Origin: Rhodospirillaceae bacterium
GTDB lineage: Bacteria > Pseudomonadota > Gammaproteobacteria > Steroidobacterales > Rariloculaceae
Reading direction: 5' to 3'
Length of the DNA: 64,000 bases
Assembly (NCBI GenBank): GCA_024638465.1
Contig: JAHEKF010000006.1
Location: 10,777-74,776, forward strand
Made by a program: the position numbers and the translations under genes. A model generated the notes under the pieces. The model saw only the letters and a program-made list of their open reading frames with translations. It searched no databases and had not been told where the DNA came from. Shown piece by piece: positions 54,333 to 63,908 of the stretch; position 1 is the stretch's first letter, and every line of letters starts with the position of its first letter.

Positions 54333-55322
54333 TCAGGCCGGGAAGAAATCGATCGGCTTGGTCGTCGTGATCGCTTCTACGTCCCTGGCTTCGAACTGGA
54401 ACAACAGGACGCGCTGCACGAGCTTCTGCTCGAGATCGGGATCGCCGAGCTCCGAGGATACGACCTCGCAAAAACTCACGGTGCCGCTTGGCTCAATCGT
54501 CAGGCGCAGCAACAGCTTTCCTACGAGCAGCGGATTCGAACGAAGCGCGCGGTTGTAGAGAGCGAAGATAGCGCCTTTGTTGCGATCGAACACGAGCTCG
54601 ATCTCCTCACGGCTACGCGAAGGCAGGTTACTTGACCCGGCCCGCGCGGTGTCACCGCCGACAGGTGCTAATCCCTCGAGCGGATTGTCGACCTGCGTGG
54701 TCGCGCGTGCGACCAGACCGCTCCCGCCCGTCGTTCGGCTGAACGAACTCGTATCGATGCCTCCGCTGGAGCTCTGCGCAGCCGATGTGATCAGTGAACG
54801 ATCGGTCGACGGCGCGTCGCTTTCAGTCGCTCCGACGACGTCGGTCTCGCCGAGACTTTCCAAAGCCTCGTTGTCACGCAGAGATGCGAGCTCTGCTGCA
54901 AACGGCAACAAGCCGGCAACGCTGGCCCGCTCGCGAGCGGCCTGCACGTTCTCGACCGGTTCCGCAGGTGCGATCGGCTCGAGCGGAACTTCCACGACTG
55001 GCTCGGGCTCGGGCACCGCTTCCGGTTCGACGAGCTGCTCGACCACCGGTTCCGGCTCCGGAATCGGTTCTTCCTCCACGACTACCGGCGGCGGGGGTGG
55101 CGGCGGCGCTTCACGCTCGAGCACCAGCCGTGCGAAGCGATTCGGTATCTCTTCGATTTCGGCCGGGTCAGGCTCGGGTAGCGGCACGACGCCCAGAATG
55201 ACGCTGAGCAACAGGAGCAAACCGGCGGCCCGCACGGCAATACGCCGAAACGCCTGATCCTGTTCCCCACCGGTAACCCAGGGCAGATCGTAGACGCGAT
55301 ACAAGGATAACGCTGTCGCCAT
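54333..55322 (-). CDS. TonB-like energy-transducer with AgmX/PglI-type C-terminal domain
   Basis: Has an N-terminal TM anchor and a Pro/Glu-rich spacer (EAPPPPPPPVVVEEEPIPEPEPVVEQLVEPEAVPEPEP). The C-terminus is ELVFDRNKGAIFALYNRALRSNPLLVGKLLLRLTIEPSGTV. Confidence 0.8.
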   Translation of the reverse strand: MATALSLYRVYDLPWVTGGEQDQAFRRIAVRAAGLLLLLSVILGVVPLPEPDPAEIEEIPNRFARLVLEREAPPPPPPPVVVEEEPIPEPEPVVEQLVEPEAVPEPEPVVEVPLEPIAPAEPVENVQAARERASVAGLLPFAAELASLRDNEALESLGETDVVGATESDAPSTDRSLITSAAQSSSGGIDTSSFSRTTGGSGLVARATTQVDNPLEGLAPVGGDTARAGSSNLPSRSREEIELVFDRNKGAIFALYNRALRSNPLLVGKLLLRLTIEPSGTVSFCEVVSSELGDPDLEQKLVQRVLLFQFEARDVEAITTTKPIDFFPA

Positions 55323-55326
55323 CGGT

Positions 55327-55860
55327 CTAGCCGCCGGAACCTGTCAGTGTCGCGATCTGCACGTCGGAGGACACCTGCATCACTGCCAGGGAAAGCTGCC
55401 CGTACTCCGCATCCGTACAGGTCGCCATGATGCGCTTCAATAACGAATACGGAATTTCCTTGTCGCCCATTATCGTAACTTCGCGACCGGCGACATCTTC
55501 GCGAGCATCCTGCCGCAGGGTTCGGTCCGTTTGACTCTGCAAAGCGGCGCGCAGCTCGGGAATGATCAGCTCTTCGCGCTGCATGATTTCGGGAACGTTC
55601 GCAACGCGCCGACCCTGAACGAGTAGATCGCTGTCAGTCACCGTCACGACAACGGTTTCGCGCGCGCGTTGCTCTGCAACAGATTCGGGCAGAGCCATGT
55701 CCTTCGCATTGGGTAACGTCTGCACCTCGCCGGAATTAACCAGCAGGAAGAACACGAGAATCGTAAAGATATCCATCAGGGATACGAGATTCAGCGAGAC
55801 ACCGCGCTTGTGCCTCGCATGGTGGCGCTCCATTCGCGCCGCTCGACTCGTGTACCGCAT
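55327..55860 (-). CDS. exbD: ExbD/TolR-family biopolymer transport protein (paralogue 2)
   Basis: Contains LNLVSLMDIFTILVFFLL (single TM, with Asp in the TM helix) and a periplasmic domain. 177 aa. Confidence 0.88.
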   Translation of the reverse strand: MRYTSRAARMERHHARHKRGVSLNLVSLMDIFTILVFFLLVNSGEVQTLPNAKDMALPESVAEQRARETVVVTVTDSDLLVQGRRVANVPEIMQREELIIPELRAALQSQTDRTLRQDAREDVAGREVTIMGDKEIPYSLLKRIMATCTDAEYGQLSLAVMQVSSDVQIATLTGSGG

Positions 55861-55872
55861 CGCGCCCGCCCC

Positions 55873-56376
55873 CTATTGCATCATCGGCGCGTCGCCGATT
55901 GCGATTTCCGGAAACAGCTCCAGCTTCGCGACGACCAGACGCTCTTCGTCGGCTCTCTCGAAAACGCGGACCTTGTCCATAACGTCGACCAGCGACTGGT
56001 AAGAAATTTCAGGCTCGAGCAGCAAGGTAGCGTCGAGCTTATCGGGAAACTGCCGTTTTACGGTCGCGAGGAAAGCACCAAGCTCGTCAAGATCATATCC
56101 CTGATCCGTGTTTTCGATTCGCGTCAACAGGCCGCCGTTGCGATCGCCAACATCGATCGAATCTTCGCGTACGATAATCTCGAGATTGAGTTCCGCTTCC
56201 GGCGGCTCGCTCGAATCTCCCTGAGATGTCGGCAGATTGAGCTCGAGAATCGCGACCTGCGAGAAGACCGCCGTAATCAGCAGGAACGGCACAAGAATCA
56301 CCATCAGATTCATGAACGCGGTGATATTGAGTTCCACAGCTTCGGTGCGGCGGGCTCGAGAGCGACGATGACGCAT
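55873..56376 (-). CDS. exbD: ExbD/TolR-family biopolymer transport protein (paralogue 1)
   Basis: Contains LNITAFMNLMVILVPFLL and a periplasmic domain. 167 aa. Confidence 0.88.
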   Translation of the reverse strand: MRHRRSRARRTEAVELNITAFMNLMVILVPFLLITAVFSQVAILELNLPTSQGDSSEPPEAELNLEIIVREDSIDVGDRNGGLLTRIENTDQGYDLDELGAFLATVKRQFPDKLDATLLLEPEISYQSLVDVMDKVRVFERADEERLVVAKLELFPEIAIGDAPMMQ

Positions 56377-56379
56377 CGG

Positions 56380-57039
56380 TTAACTCGCGGTTTCAGTCGA
56401 TTTGGCTTCCGAGTGTTCCGTCAATGCGTTCAGGAACTTCACCGATGCCATCTCGAGGCTGTCGACAATTTCAGTTGTCTTCGTCTGCAAAAGCGTGTGC
56501 ATGAGCAATAGTGGAATCGCGACCATGAGGCCGAAGGCCGTCGTGTTCATCGCAACCGAGATGCTGGCCGAGAGGAGATCGGCTTTCTCAGCGGGATTGG
56601 CATTCGATACCGCCGTGAACGCACGGATCAGGCCAATGATAGTGCCAAGCAACCCGAGCAGCGTTGCGATATTCGCGAACGTCGCGAGGTAATGCGTACG
56701 CTTTTCGAGTTGCGGCATGACTTCCATGAGACTCTCTTCCATCGCTTTTTCGACGTCTTCGCGACGCCGGGATGAACGCACACGTGAGAGGCCATAACTC
56801 AAGATCGTCGCTATCGCCGCTTTCGACTTCCCCGTGATCTGAACGGCGTTACTGAAGTTGCCGGCTTTAAGATGTGGCGTAATCTTTTTCCAGATCGACT
56901 TGTTTTTCACCGTAGCAGTGGTCAGATATAGCCATCGCTCGATCGCTATGGCCAACCCGAGAGCCAGCACGATCACGATCGGGTACATGAATACGCCGCC
57001 TTCCTGGAAAAACCCAACAATGGTGGAAAAGACTTCCAT
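56380..57039 (-). CDS. exbB: MotA/TolQ/ExbB proton-channel protein
   Basis: 219 aa with 3 TM helices and the conserved C-terminal block ATLLGLLGTIIGLIRAF...AMNTTAFGL. Confidence 0.9.
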   Translation of the reverse strand: MEVFSTIVGFFQEGGVFMYPIVIVLALGLAIAIERWLYLTTATVKNKSIWKKITPHLKAGNFSNAVQITGKSKAAIATILSYGLSRVRSSRRREDVEKAMEESLMEVMPQLEKRTHYLATFANIATLLGLLGTIIGLIRAFTAVSNANPAEKADLLSASISVAMNTTAFGLMVAIPLLLMHTLLQTKTTEIVDSLEMASVKFLNALTEHSEAKSTETAS

Positions 57040-57044
57040 GTCAC

Positions 57045-57443
57045 TTACTCCTTATCGCCTTCCAAAAAGAGGGCGTCGTAGTACTCGAGATGCCGTTCGA
57101 ATTCTTCCGGGTCGATGGGTGCAAGAACCTCATCGAGCAGTGTGTTCACCGGGCGACCGACCAGGTCGCCCAGGTCAGAACTCTTCCAGGGCACGATATA
57201 CAGAACCTTAGGCAGTTCCTGGCTTCCGGTAACGGAAGTAGTTCCCAAATTCAAAGTATCCATAACGCGGCGGGACGGCGCCGTGCTCGCGACTTCTGGC
57301 AAATTGCTGACGTCGACCGCGGGTTCGAGGTTCGCAACGTCAGGAAGCTCGGGCTTCTCGGAGGTCTCGGCGTCCTGTGCCCGCGCGGCGCCGAAAGTGC
57401 ATAACAAGCCCAGTGCGACCGCTGTCCGTAGAAAGATATTCAT
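57045..57443 (-). CDS. secreted hypothetical protein (132 aa) of the Exb/TPR operon
   Basis: Has a signal peptide (ALGLLCTFGAARAQ). Its start overlaps the upstream stop by 4 nt, and it ends 5 nt before exbB. Confidence 0.65.
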   Translation of the reverse strand: MNIFLRTAVALGLLCTFGAARAQDAETSEKPELPDVANLEPAVDVSNLPEVASTAPSRRVMDTLNLGTTSVTGSQELPKVLYIVPWKSSDLGDLVGRPVNTLLDEVLAPIDPEEFERHLEYYDALFLEGDKE

Positions 57444-58129
57444 CGCGAGAGCTCCTGAGCGACACGCTGTGGCTCGGCCGGTACGCCGAGGCGGCGCCTG
57501 AGATCCACGATCCAGCCAGCGACCGCCCGGTCGGGCTCCGTCAGCAGCGCCTGATAGCGCTCGTAGTTCGCGAGCGCGTCGGCCGGGCGACGCAGGTAGA
57601 CGTCAAGCAGGATGCCGAGATTCATGTAGGCGAATGCGTAATCCGGGTCCGCAGCGATCGCACGCTCATACGCCGCTTCCGCATCCGTGAATCGTCCTTG
57701 CGAGCGCCTGAGAATTCCGAGCTGATTGTTGGCGGCCGGGTGCTCCGGATCCAGACTGAGCGCGAGCTGCAGCGCTTCATCGGCGTCTTCGAATTTCTCG
57801 TTCTCGCGATACACGATCGCGAGATTGACGTACGGCCCCGCATAATCCCGGTACTCCAGGATAAGATGTTCGAGTTCGAGCTCGGCTTCGACGAGATCGC
57901 CCTGATCCATCGCCGAGAGCGCGCGTCCGTAAGATGTCAGCGCATCTTCGGGGATCGAGTCCTCGCCGGCACCCGGATCTACCGCGTCCGCGGAAATCGA
58001 ACCGCCCGAAGTTGCGCAGGCCTGCAGGATCAATACCGTCAGGGCCAGGCCTCCCGCTCTAATCAAGCGTGCGGTGCGTGGATCTGTCACTTCAGCGAAT
58101 CGCCGCCACATAGCGTTCTCCTGTCTCAT
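57440..58129 (-). CDS. TPR-repeat lipoprotein
   Basis: Has the lipobox LILQAC|A followed by 4-5 TPR units (...EAAYERAIAADPDYAFAYMNLG...). The start is either 58129 or 58111. Confidence 0.8.
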   Translation of the reverse strand: MRQENAMWRRFAEVTDPRTARLIRAGGLALTVLILQACATSGGSISADAVDPGAGEDSIPEDALTSYGRALSAMDQGDLVEAELELEHLILEYRDYAGPYVNLAIVYRENEKFEDADEALQLALSLDPEHPAANNQLGILRRSQGRFTDAEAAYERAIAADPDYAFAYMNLGILLDVYLRRPADALANYERYQALLTEPDRAVAGWIVDLRRRLGVPAEPQRVAQELSR

Positions 58130-60908
58130 GTTTTGCGTACCGCACGGGCATCAACTCAGCCAGCGCTACGAGACTCTTCTTTACCCAGTCGTCGTAGATG
58201 CCGTCTGCCGTGCGCGCGGCATTCAGTTCGTGTAATTCGATTGCCTGCTCTTCGAACGGGAATGCCTGTTCTTCGAGCAGGATGTCGTACTGTGAGATTT
58301 CAAGCGGAGTCAGCCCCTCCGGGCGCTCGGAATCGAACAGATCGCGACTTAGCGAGTGATAGAGGTTGGCAATCTCGAAGGTTGCCGCCGTCGTCACTTC
58401 GGCGACACCGTAATCGGCAGCGGCGCCATACGCTCCCAGAGCGCGCTCCATGCGTTCCCGCTTCAGAGAGAGGCTGTCCTCTAACGGCACAACCAGCCGC
58501 ACCGCATTGAATGCGTCGCGCGCGGGAACGCTAAGCTCGAGTGCAGCGTGTGCGGCGAGATATCGCGTCCGGTCGGTGCGGGCCGCTCCTGCACGGCCAT
58601 CTGCCTCGACGATGGCAGAGAGCCAGCGCATCCGCTCCGGGTAATCGTCCATCGCGATCGCGAGCTCCGCCAACGTGTGCTGCACTTCGACGGCTTCATT
58701 GATCGGTTCCGGATACTGCGTGACGTAACGCTCGTAGCTCGCCCGTGCCGCGGCGTTCTCGCCGGCGCCGGCGTAAAGTTCGGCAGCCTGCCAAAGCGCG
58801 TCCCGTCTGACTTCTGCCGGACCGTCAGCAGTTGCGATGCGGTCGAACTCGTTCGCGGCCAGCACGTTCGCGCCACTCGTCAAATAGGCAACGGCCAGCT
58901 TGGCCGTGACGTCGGATGCGAGCTCATGATCGGGATAGCGTTCGCGGAAATCGACGAGGACATCGATGGCCTGCGGCCAGTCTTCCAGCTGAATCAGACC
59001 CGCGGCCGCATCGTAACGCGCAGTCGCAACGATAGACGAGCCTGGCACGGTCCGGGCCACTCGAAGGAAATGCGCGACAGCCTCCGCATGCAGGCTGGCC
59101 GATCGTGCCAGTTCACCCTGCTTATAGATGGAAGACGCGAGCCGTTCACTGAGCTCGGTGTGTTCGGGCGCCGCCGCGGGCGTAAGCGCCAGCAGCTCGA
59201 GATAGCCGGTTTCGGCCTCGGCGAAGTTCGCCAAGTCGAACGAAGAGTGAGCAATTACGGTCCACGCGGTTCGTTTGAGTTCAGCATCGGCAGATGGGAA
59301 GAACTCGATTAATGCAGAACCGGTGGTCCTGGCGCGCTCAAAGTCGCCAAGCGCAAACAGCATCTCCGCGGAGTTGGTCAGGACCGGCGCTGCCTGCTCG
59401 TGGGCGGGAAACGTCGCTGCAAACCGTAGCCCGCTCTCGATTCGTTGCGCATGCCAGTCGACTCGCGCACTCCCATCGAGCGTCTCTTCATGGGTTGCGT
59501 AAGCGAGTAGTGCCGCGTAGGCTGCTTCGCCACTGCGTGCGTGAGACGCATAGCCGTACGCAGTGTGCTCATACTCGACAGCCGCATCGCGGTAGTTGCC
59601 ACTCTCGAACAGGACTTCTGCGAGCAGAAATCGCGTGTTGGCCGCGTCGGTACCATCCGGAAAAGTGTCCAGATAGGTTCGGTACCAGTACGCCGCCGTT
59701 TCATAGCTTTCGGCGGCTCCGGAAAGCTGTGCTTGCGCATGGCTATGCGACGCAAGCTCACCGAGATTCGCTTTAAGCGCAGCAACGACTTCCGGTTGCT
59801 GCTCGAACGAGTTGAGCGCCCAGTATCGGCTATCCGCGCCGTAGTCCTGAACAAAGCCACGCTTCGCATCGATAACGAGCTCCGCGAAACCACCCGTCTC
59901 GTAGGCTTTCATCGCCTCGATGTACATCAGCGGAGCCTTGGCGTGATACGGATCGTGTTCGACGAACGCCCGATAGGCGCGCGCTGTATCCTGATAACGT
60001 TCGCTCTCGAGATATAACTCGCCGAGCGATGAGTAGATAACGTAGGCGTAGAACGGCGTGCCCGTTCTCTCGAAAAACTCCGAAATCGTTTTCGGTCCGT
60101 CAAGGTAGGAAAAACTGATCGAAAGAACGCGAAGCGTATCTGTAAGAAGTTCCTGTTCAGCCCGCCCCATATCGGCATAGGCGGATCCGACGTCGGCATG
60201 CGGAGTTTCCACCTTGAACTTGATATCGAGCAGGCCGAAGAACGATGAAAAGCTCTCTTCGAATCGCTGTTGCTTAAACAACGACCAGCCATGTTTGTAT
60301 AGAGACTGCTCGAGAAACTGCGCGCCGCCGCTTTCGATCATCTGCCTGTACGCTCGTTCCGCTTCGTCGTATCGTTGCTGAACGAACAGCGATTCGCCGC
60401 GACGAAAATGAGCTTCCGCGAAATGCGGCGTCTGCGGAAATTCGCTAACGAGTCGATCGAGAGTTTTCAGCGCTTCCTCTGTTTGACCCGCGATCTCGTA
60501 GGCGCGTGCCAACTGATACAGCACGAGATCGTTCTTTTCATAGTCGGGGTAGCTGCTCAGCAAAGTTTGATAGAGGTGCACCGCGTCACCGAACTCGCCT
60601 CCCAGCGACTCGAGATTCTGCTGTAACTGCTCAACCTCTGCCGCCTCGAGTTGCAGGTCGGCGAGCCTGCGCATTCCTTCCGCCTGCAGCTCGGGATCGG
60701 TCGATGCGAGATCGAGGAACAGGCGGTAACTCTCGATTGCTTTCGACTGGCTGTCGTTGATGGCAGCTTCCGTATCTATCTCGATCGCCTGAGACTCGAG
60801 GTCGGCTATCGTAGGCGCATCCTCGGCGCGATCTTCGTCGCGACCGAAAGGCCATGGCAGCCACAAGCCCGCCATTGTCACCACCAACAGGGCAGTCGCA
60901 CCGTTCAT
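58092..60908 (-). CDS. large TPR-repeat protein (938 aa)
   Basis: Has an N-terminal TM/signal segment followed by TPR/Sel1-like helical repeats throughout (YQLARAYEIAGQTEEALKTLDRLVSEFP...). 4-nt overlap with the upstream gene. Confidence 0.85.
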   Translation of the reverse strand: MNGATALLVVTMAGLWLPWPFGRDEDRAEDAPTIADLESQAIEIDTEAAINDSQSKAIESYRLFLDLASTDPELQAEGMRRLADLQLEAAEVEQLQQNLESLGGEFGDAVHLYQTLLSSYPDYEKNDLVLYQLARAYEIAGQTEEALKTLDRLVSEFPQTPHFAEAHFRRGESLFVQQRYDEAERAYRQMIESGGAQFLEQSLYKHGWSLFKQQRFEESFSSFFGLLDIKFKVETPHADVGSAYADMGRAEQELLTDTLRVLSISFSYLDGPKTISEFFERTGTPFYAYVIYSSLGELYLESERYQDTARAYRAFVEHDPYHAKAPLMYIEAMKAYETGGFAELVIDAKRGFVQDYGADSRYWALNSFEQQPEVVAALKANLGELASHSHAQAQLSGAAESYETAAYWYRTYLDTFPDGTDAANTRFLLAEVLFESGNYRDAAVEYEHTAYGYASHARSGEAAYAALLAYATHEETLDGSARVDWHAQRIESGLRFAATFPAHEQAAPVLTNSAEMLFALGDFERARTTGSALIEFFPSADAELKRTAWTVIAHSSFDLANFAEAETGYLELLALTPAAAPEHTELSERLASSIYKQGELARSASLHAEAVAHFLRVARTVPGSSIVATARYDAAAGLIQLEDWPQAIDVLVDFRERYPDHELASDVTAKLAVAYLTSGANVLAANEFDRIATADGPAEVRRDALWQAAELYAGAGENAAARASYERYVTQYPEPINEAVEVQHTLAELAIAMDDYPERMRWLSAIVEADGRAGAARTDRTRYLAAHAALELSVPARDAFNAVRLVVPLEDSLSLKRERMERALGAYGAAADYGVAEVTTAATFEIANLYHSLSRDLFDSERPEGLTPLEISQYDILLEEQAFPFEEQAIELHELNAARTADGIYDDWVKKSLVALAELMPVRYAKHETGERYVAAIR

Positions 60909-62791
60909 TGGGCGGCTCCCGCAACCGCTTCCGCGGTCGTCGACTGCAACTGCGCCGTAGCGCGGTCGTAGATCGACGCAAGCGCGAAACGAGCCTGGAC
61001 GCGATAAGTGGTAAGTCGATCGTAGCGCGACTGAAGCTCTTCGACCGCAACGCTCTCGAGATGACTGGCCTGTCGCTCCATAGCGGCATCGACCTGCGCA
61101 GAGAGCGTTAACACACGCGGCGTGAGACTATCGATATCGGCCGTCAGAGTCGAAAATTCGCTCGGCCAATCGCCACGTGCGCTGTCGACTGTCGCGTAAC
61201 CTCGACGGACATCTTCGAGCTCAGTTTCGAGATCGCGCAGATCGCGCTGATGACGCCAAAGTCTCACCCGGTATTCGCGCTCCAGATTCCATCGCAGCAA
61301 GCCCTCGAGTACTCGTTGCTTGTGAGCGAGTTCCGCCGTACGCGGGTCTCCCGCCATCGACGTAAGCAGCGGGCGCATCGCGCGCAGACGTCGCCACTGA
61401 TCCTGCTCTTCCGGTGTCGCTAGCGCGACGAAATCCTGCTCGGCTTCTGCGGATATCAGCCTGGCGCGGTAACTTTCGACCTGCGAAGTCATTACTTCGA
61501 GGTCGACTCCGGCGAGGTGCCCGTCCACTCGCGGCAAGCGCTGATCGAAAGCGCGTTGTCGCGTATCGAGGATGTCGTCGAACGCACTGAGGCTGCGTAT
61601 CCAATGGTCGAGATTGGAACGCAGGAAAGTCAGGTCGCGGTAATTTTTCAGACCCTCCTGAAACCGATGCGAAGCTACCAGTTCGTACAGATAGCGAGTC
61701 TCGTCCGACTCTGGCAATTCGTCGAGTTGCCACTGCCAGCCGGACGCATCGACGCTGTCGGTATCGAGCAAACTCGCTATCAGCTCGCCTTCCTGGATCG
61801 AGTCAATCGACCCTTCGAGCCGGACAAGTTCGGCATCGAAAGCCGCGATCGCCTGAAGGTAGTGGTCCGCTGCCTGCTCATTCGCGCCGAGTTGGCTGAA
61901 CGCGTACGGAACGGCAAGCAACGCCTCTTGTGCCGCCGTGTCACGCAGGCTTCGGTCCCGTAACTCGAGCCAGGGAACGAGGGCAGCTTCGAAACTTTCG
62001 AGTTCGGCGTAAGACCAGCCGACACCGAGCAGTGCTCGCGTCGAGAACGGACCATTCAGTCGCACGCGCTGTAGCGATGCCCTGCCTTCCAGAGGTCGAT
62101 TCGCCTGCAGCCAGGCGTAGCCCAACGCGACATTCGCCTTGTCTCGAAGACCCTCCACGCCGGCTTCAACCGCATCGAGCTGGCCTACGTCATCGAGAAC
62201 CGCGATGCCGTCAGCGACCCGGTCCAGACGAACGAGAGCAACGCCGATATTGTATTTCGCATAGCCAACCCAGTCGGCACCGGGATCGGGCCATGCCTGC
62301 AGCACGGCGAGCGCTTCGTCGTAGCGCTCCTGGTCCATCAGGACCGTTGCGGAGAGGAGCTGCCGCTCCGGCTCGAGCTCGGAATCGAGCTCGTTCTGAA
62401 TTCGACCCAGGGCCGCAGCGGCCTCGTCGAGATAGCCGCGCTGGTACCAGATTTTCGCGAGGAAAAGCCATGCGCGATCATGCACTTCGGGTTCGACCGC
62501 GCCCTCGAGAAGGCGCTCGAAAATTGCCCCGGCAAGCTGGTGCTGCCCATACGAGAGATAGAGACCGCCGAGTAACAGCTCGCCCTCGGCTGCATGATGC
62601 TGCAGCTCACCGCGCTCTTGCGCCGCCAGTAGCCGCGTTAACGCTGAGAAATAGTCATCCTGATAAAAGTAGAATAGAACTTCGCCGTAAGCGAGATCTC
62701 GCACTCCGCTTTGCGGCGCATCTGCTGCGTTGACCCCGGTCGACGTCAGCAGCGCGGCGACGACCAGCGTCCTGTGCCATTTCCGAGTCAC
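60905..62791 (-). CDS. TPR + coiled-coil protein (628 aa)
   Basis: Has a signal peptide (VVAALLTSTGVNA), an N-terminal half of TPR-like repeats, and a C-terminal half that is heptad-rich. Confidence 0.8.
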   Translation of the reverse strand: MTRKWHRTLVVAALLTSTGVNAADAPQSGVRDLAYGEVLFYFYQDDYFSALTRLLAAQERGELQHHAAEGELLLGGLYLSYGQHQLAGAIFERLLEGAVEPEVHDRAWLFLAKIWYQRGYLDEAAAALGRIQNELDSELEPERQLLSATVLMDQERYDEALAVLQAWPDPGADWVGYAKYNIGVALVRLDRVADGIAVLDDVGQLDAVEAGVEGLRDKANVALGYAWLQANRPLEGRASLQRVRLNGPFSTRALLGVGWSYAELESFEAALVPWLELRDRSLRDTAAQEALLAVPYAFSQLGANEQAADHYLQAIAAFDAELVRLEGSIDSIQEGELIASLLDTDSVDASGWQWQLDELPESDETRYLYELVASHRFQEGLKNYRDLTFLRSNLDHWIRSLSAFDDILDTRQRAFDQRLPRVDGHLAGVDLEVMTSQVESYRARLISAEAEQDFVALATPEEQDQWRRLRAMRPLLTSMAGDPRTAELAHKQRVLEGLLRWNLEREYRVRLWRHQRDLRDLETELEDVRRGYATVDSARGDWPSEFSTLTADIDSLTPRVLTLSAQVDAAMERQASHLESVAVEELQSRYDRLTTYRVQARFALASIYDRATAQLQSTTAEAVAGAAQ

Positions 62792-62794
62792 GCC

Positions 62795-63367
62795 TTACTC
62801 CCACTCCGTGACGATGAATTCCGGTTGCAGCTTCTGCTCCCTGTCGGAAATGCTGAGTTCGACATACTTGGGTCCTATACCCTTATCGAAGACAAGGGTG
62901 GCACCGCGACGATAATCGCGCTCGTGAGGACCCCCTCCGGTGAATATCGCGACCAGCTCGTGCTCGCCGGCGCGGACGTTACCGAGAAATAGCTGGTGTA
63001 CGCCGCCGCGTATCAGTGCGTCAACTTCACGCGCGGTATACAGATAATTCGCAACATTCTCTCCATCCAGCGTGATCTGCACGGAATCCAGTGCAAAAAA
63101 CTCACCGACGTCCATCGATACGAAAACGGCCACCTGTGTATTGGCCGGGAACAGCAGTTCTTCTTCGAGCAGGAACAGGTCGCGATTAAGATCCATAACC
63201 GATGTCTTGAGGTCCTGGATGTCTTCATCGAGCGTTCGAAATTCCGCTTGCCCTGTCGCTTCAGCGATCTGAAATTCCGCCAATGGCGCCGCGGGCGCGT
63301 CCTGGGCAATGGCCGCCTCGCCGAACCACGCGAGTAATAGCAAGCCGCAGGTACTGATAAATCTCAT
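62795..63367 (-). CDS. secreted hypothetical protein (190 aa) of the Exb/TPR operon
   Basis: ATG 63365-63367 lies 6 nt after GGAG; the track's TTG at 63379 is less likely. Has a signal peptide (LLLLAWFGEAAIAQ). I recognised no family. Confidence 0.7.
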   Translation of the reverse strand: MRFISTCGLLLLAWFGEAAIAQDAPAAPLAEFQIAEATGQAEFRTLDEDIQDLKTSVMDLNRDLFLLEEELLFPANTQVAVFVSMDVGEFFALDSVQITLDGENVANYLYTAREVDALIRGGVHQLFLGNVRAGEHELVAIFTGGGPHERDYRRGATLVFDKGIGPKYVELSISDREQKLQPEFIVTEWE

Positions 63368-63395
63368 AACAGTCTCCAAACTTTCCCTTGGGCGA

Positions 63396-63908
63396 TTACT
63401 CTGCGAGCAATCGTTCCACGATCTCCGAATAGTGCTCGACGTTGCCGCGCTCGTAGCCCTGGATCACTTCGCGAATGACGCCTTCGCGATCGATCAGCAG
63501 TGCTACTGGGAGCGATTCGATGTCGTACATCCGGCTCACTTCGAGAGCGGAGTCGTCGAGCATGGGATAACCGAGTTCCAACGCGTCAACATCTTCACGG
63601 AGACTCGACGACAGACGATCCATACTGACGGAGAGCGGCTGCAGACCGGCATCGCCGTGGACGTCGTTGAGCTCGCGGATACCGGCCAGCTGCGCGCGGC
63701 ATTCGCCGCACCAGTTCGCCCAGAACGTCAATACGACAACGTCGCCGCGATACTCCGACAGACGCGTGTTCTCGCCTTCGAAGCTCTTCAGAACGAAATC
63801 GGGAGCACGCTCGCCACCGAGCTGTATCGCGGCACAAGCGACGCTGGTAAAAAACAACAGGAACAGTCCGCGAACCAGTCCCGAAGAGAAGTCATGCGTC
63901 AATCGCAA
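63396..63908 (-). CDS. TlpA/ResA-like periplasmic thiol:disulfide oxidoreductase (thioredoxin fold)
   Basis: Has a membrane anchor/signal and the CxxC active site VLTFWANWCGECRAQL. TTG start. Confidence 0.85.
   Translation of the reverse strand: MRLTHDFSSGLVRGLFLLFFTSVACAAIQLGGERAPDFVLKSFEGENTRLSEYRGDVVVLTFWANWCGECRAQLAGIRELNDVHGDAGLQPLSVSMDRLSSSLREDVDALELGYPMLDDSALEVSRMYDIESLPVALLIDREGVIREVIQGYERGNVEHYSEIVERLLAE

Noticed and set aside
55086-55108. A GGCGGCGGGGGTGGCGGCGGC low-complexity tract.
   Set aside because: It is the reverse complement of the seven-proline run in the TonB-like spacer domain, which is an expected feature of TonB-family proteins.
57377-58510. Long Arg/Ala/Pro-rich ORFs opposite well-supported genes. 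Examples: 57377..58510 (+), 54577..55257 (+), 61930..62733 (+), 63309..63977 (+), 32936..34159 (+), 25528..26355 (-), 25539..26336 (+), 12591..13376 (-), 21701..22300 (-), 23780..24565 (-), 36082..36837 (-), 5456..6028 (+), 1915..2775 (+).
   Set aside because: They have typical high-GC antisense or off-frame open frames, biased low-complexity composition and no motifs. Each is fully overlapped by a gene with clear family signatures on the other strand or frame.
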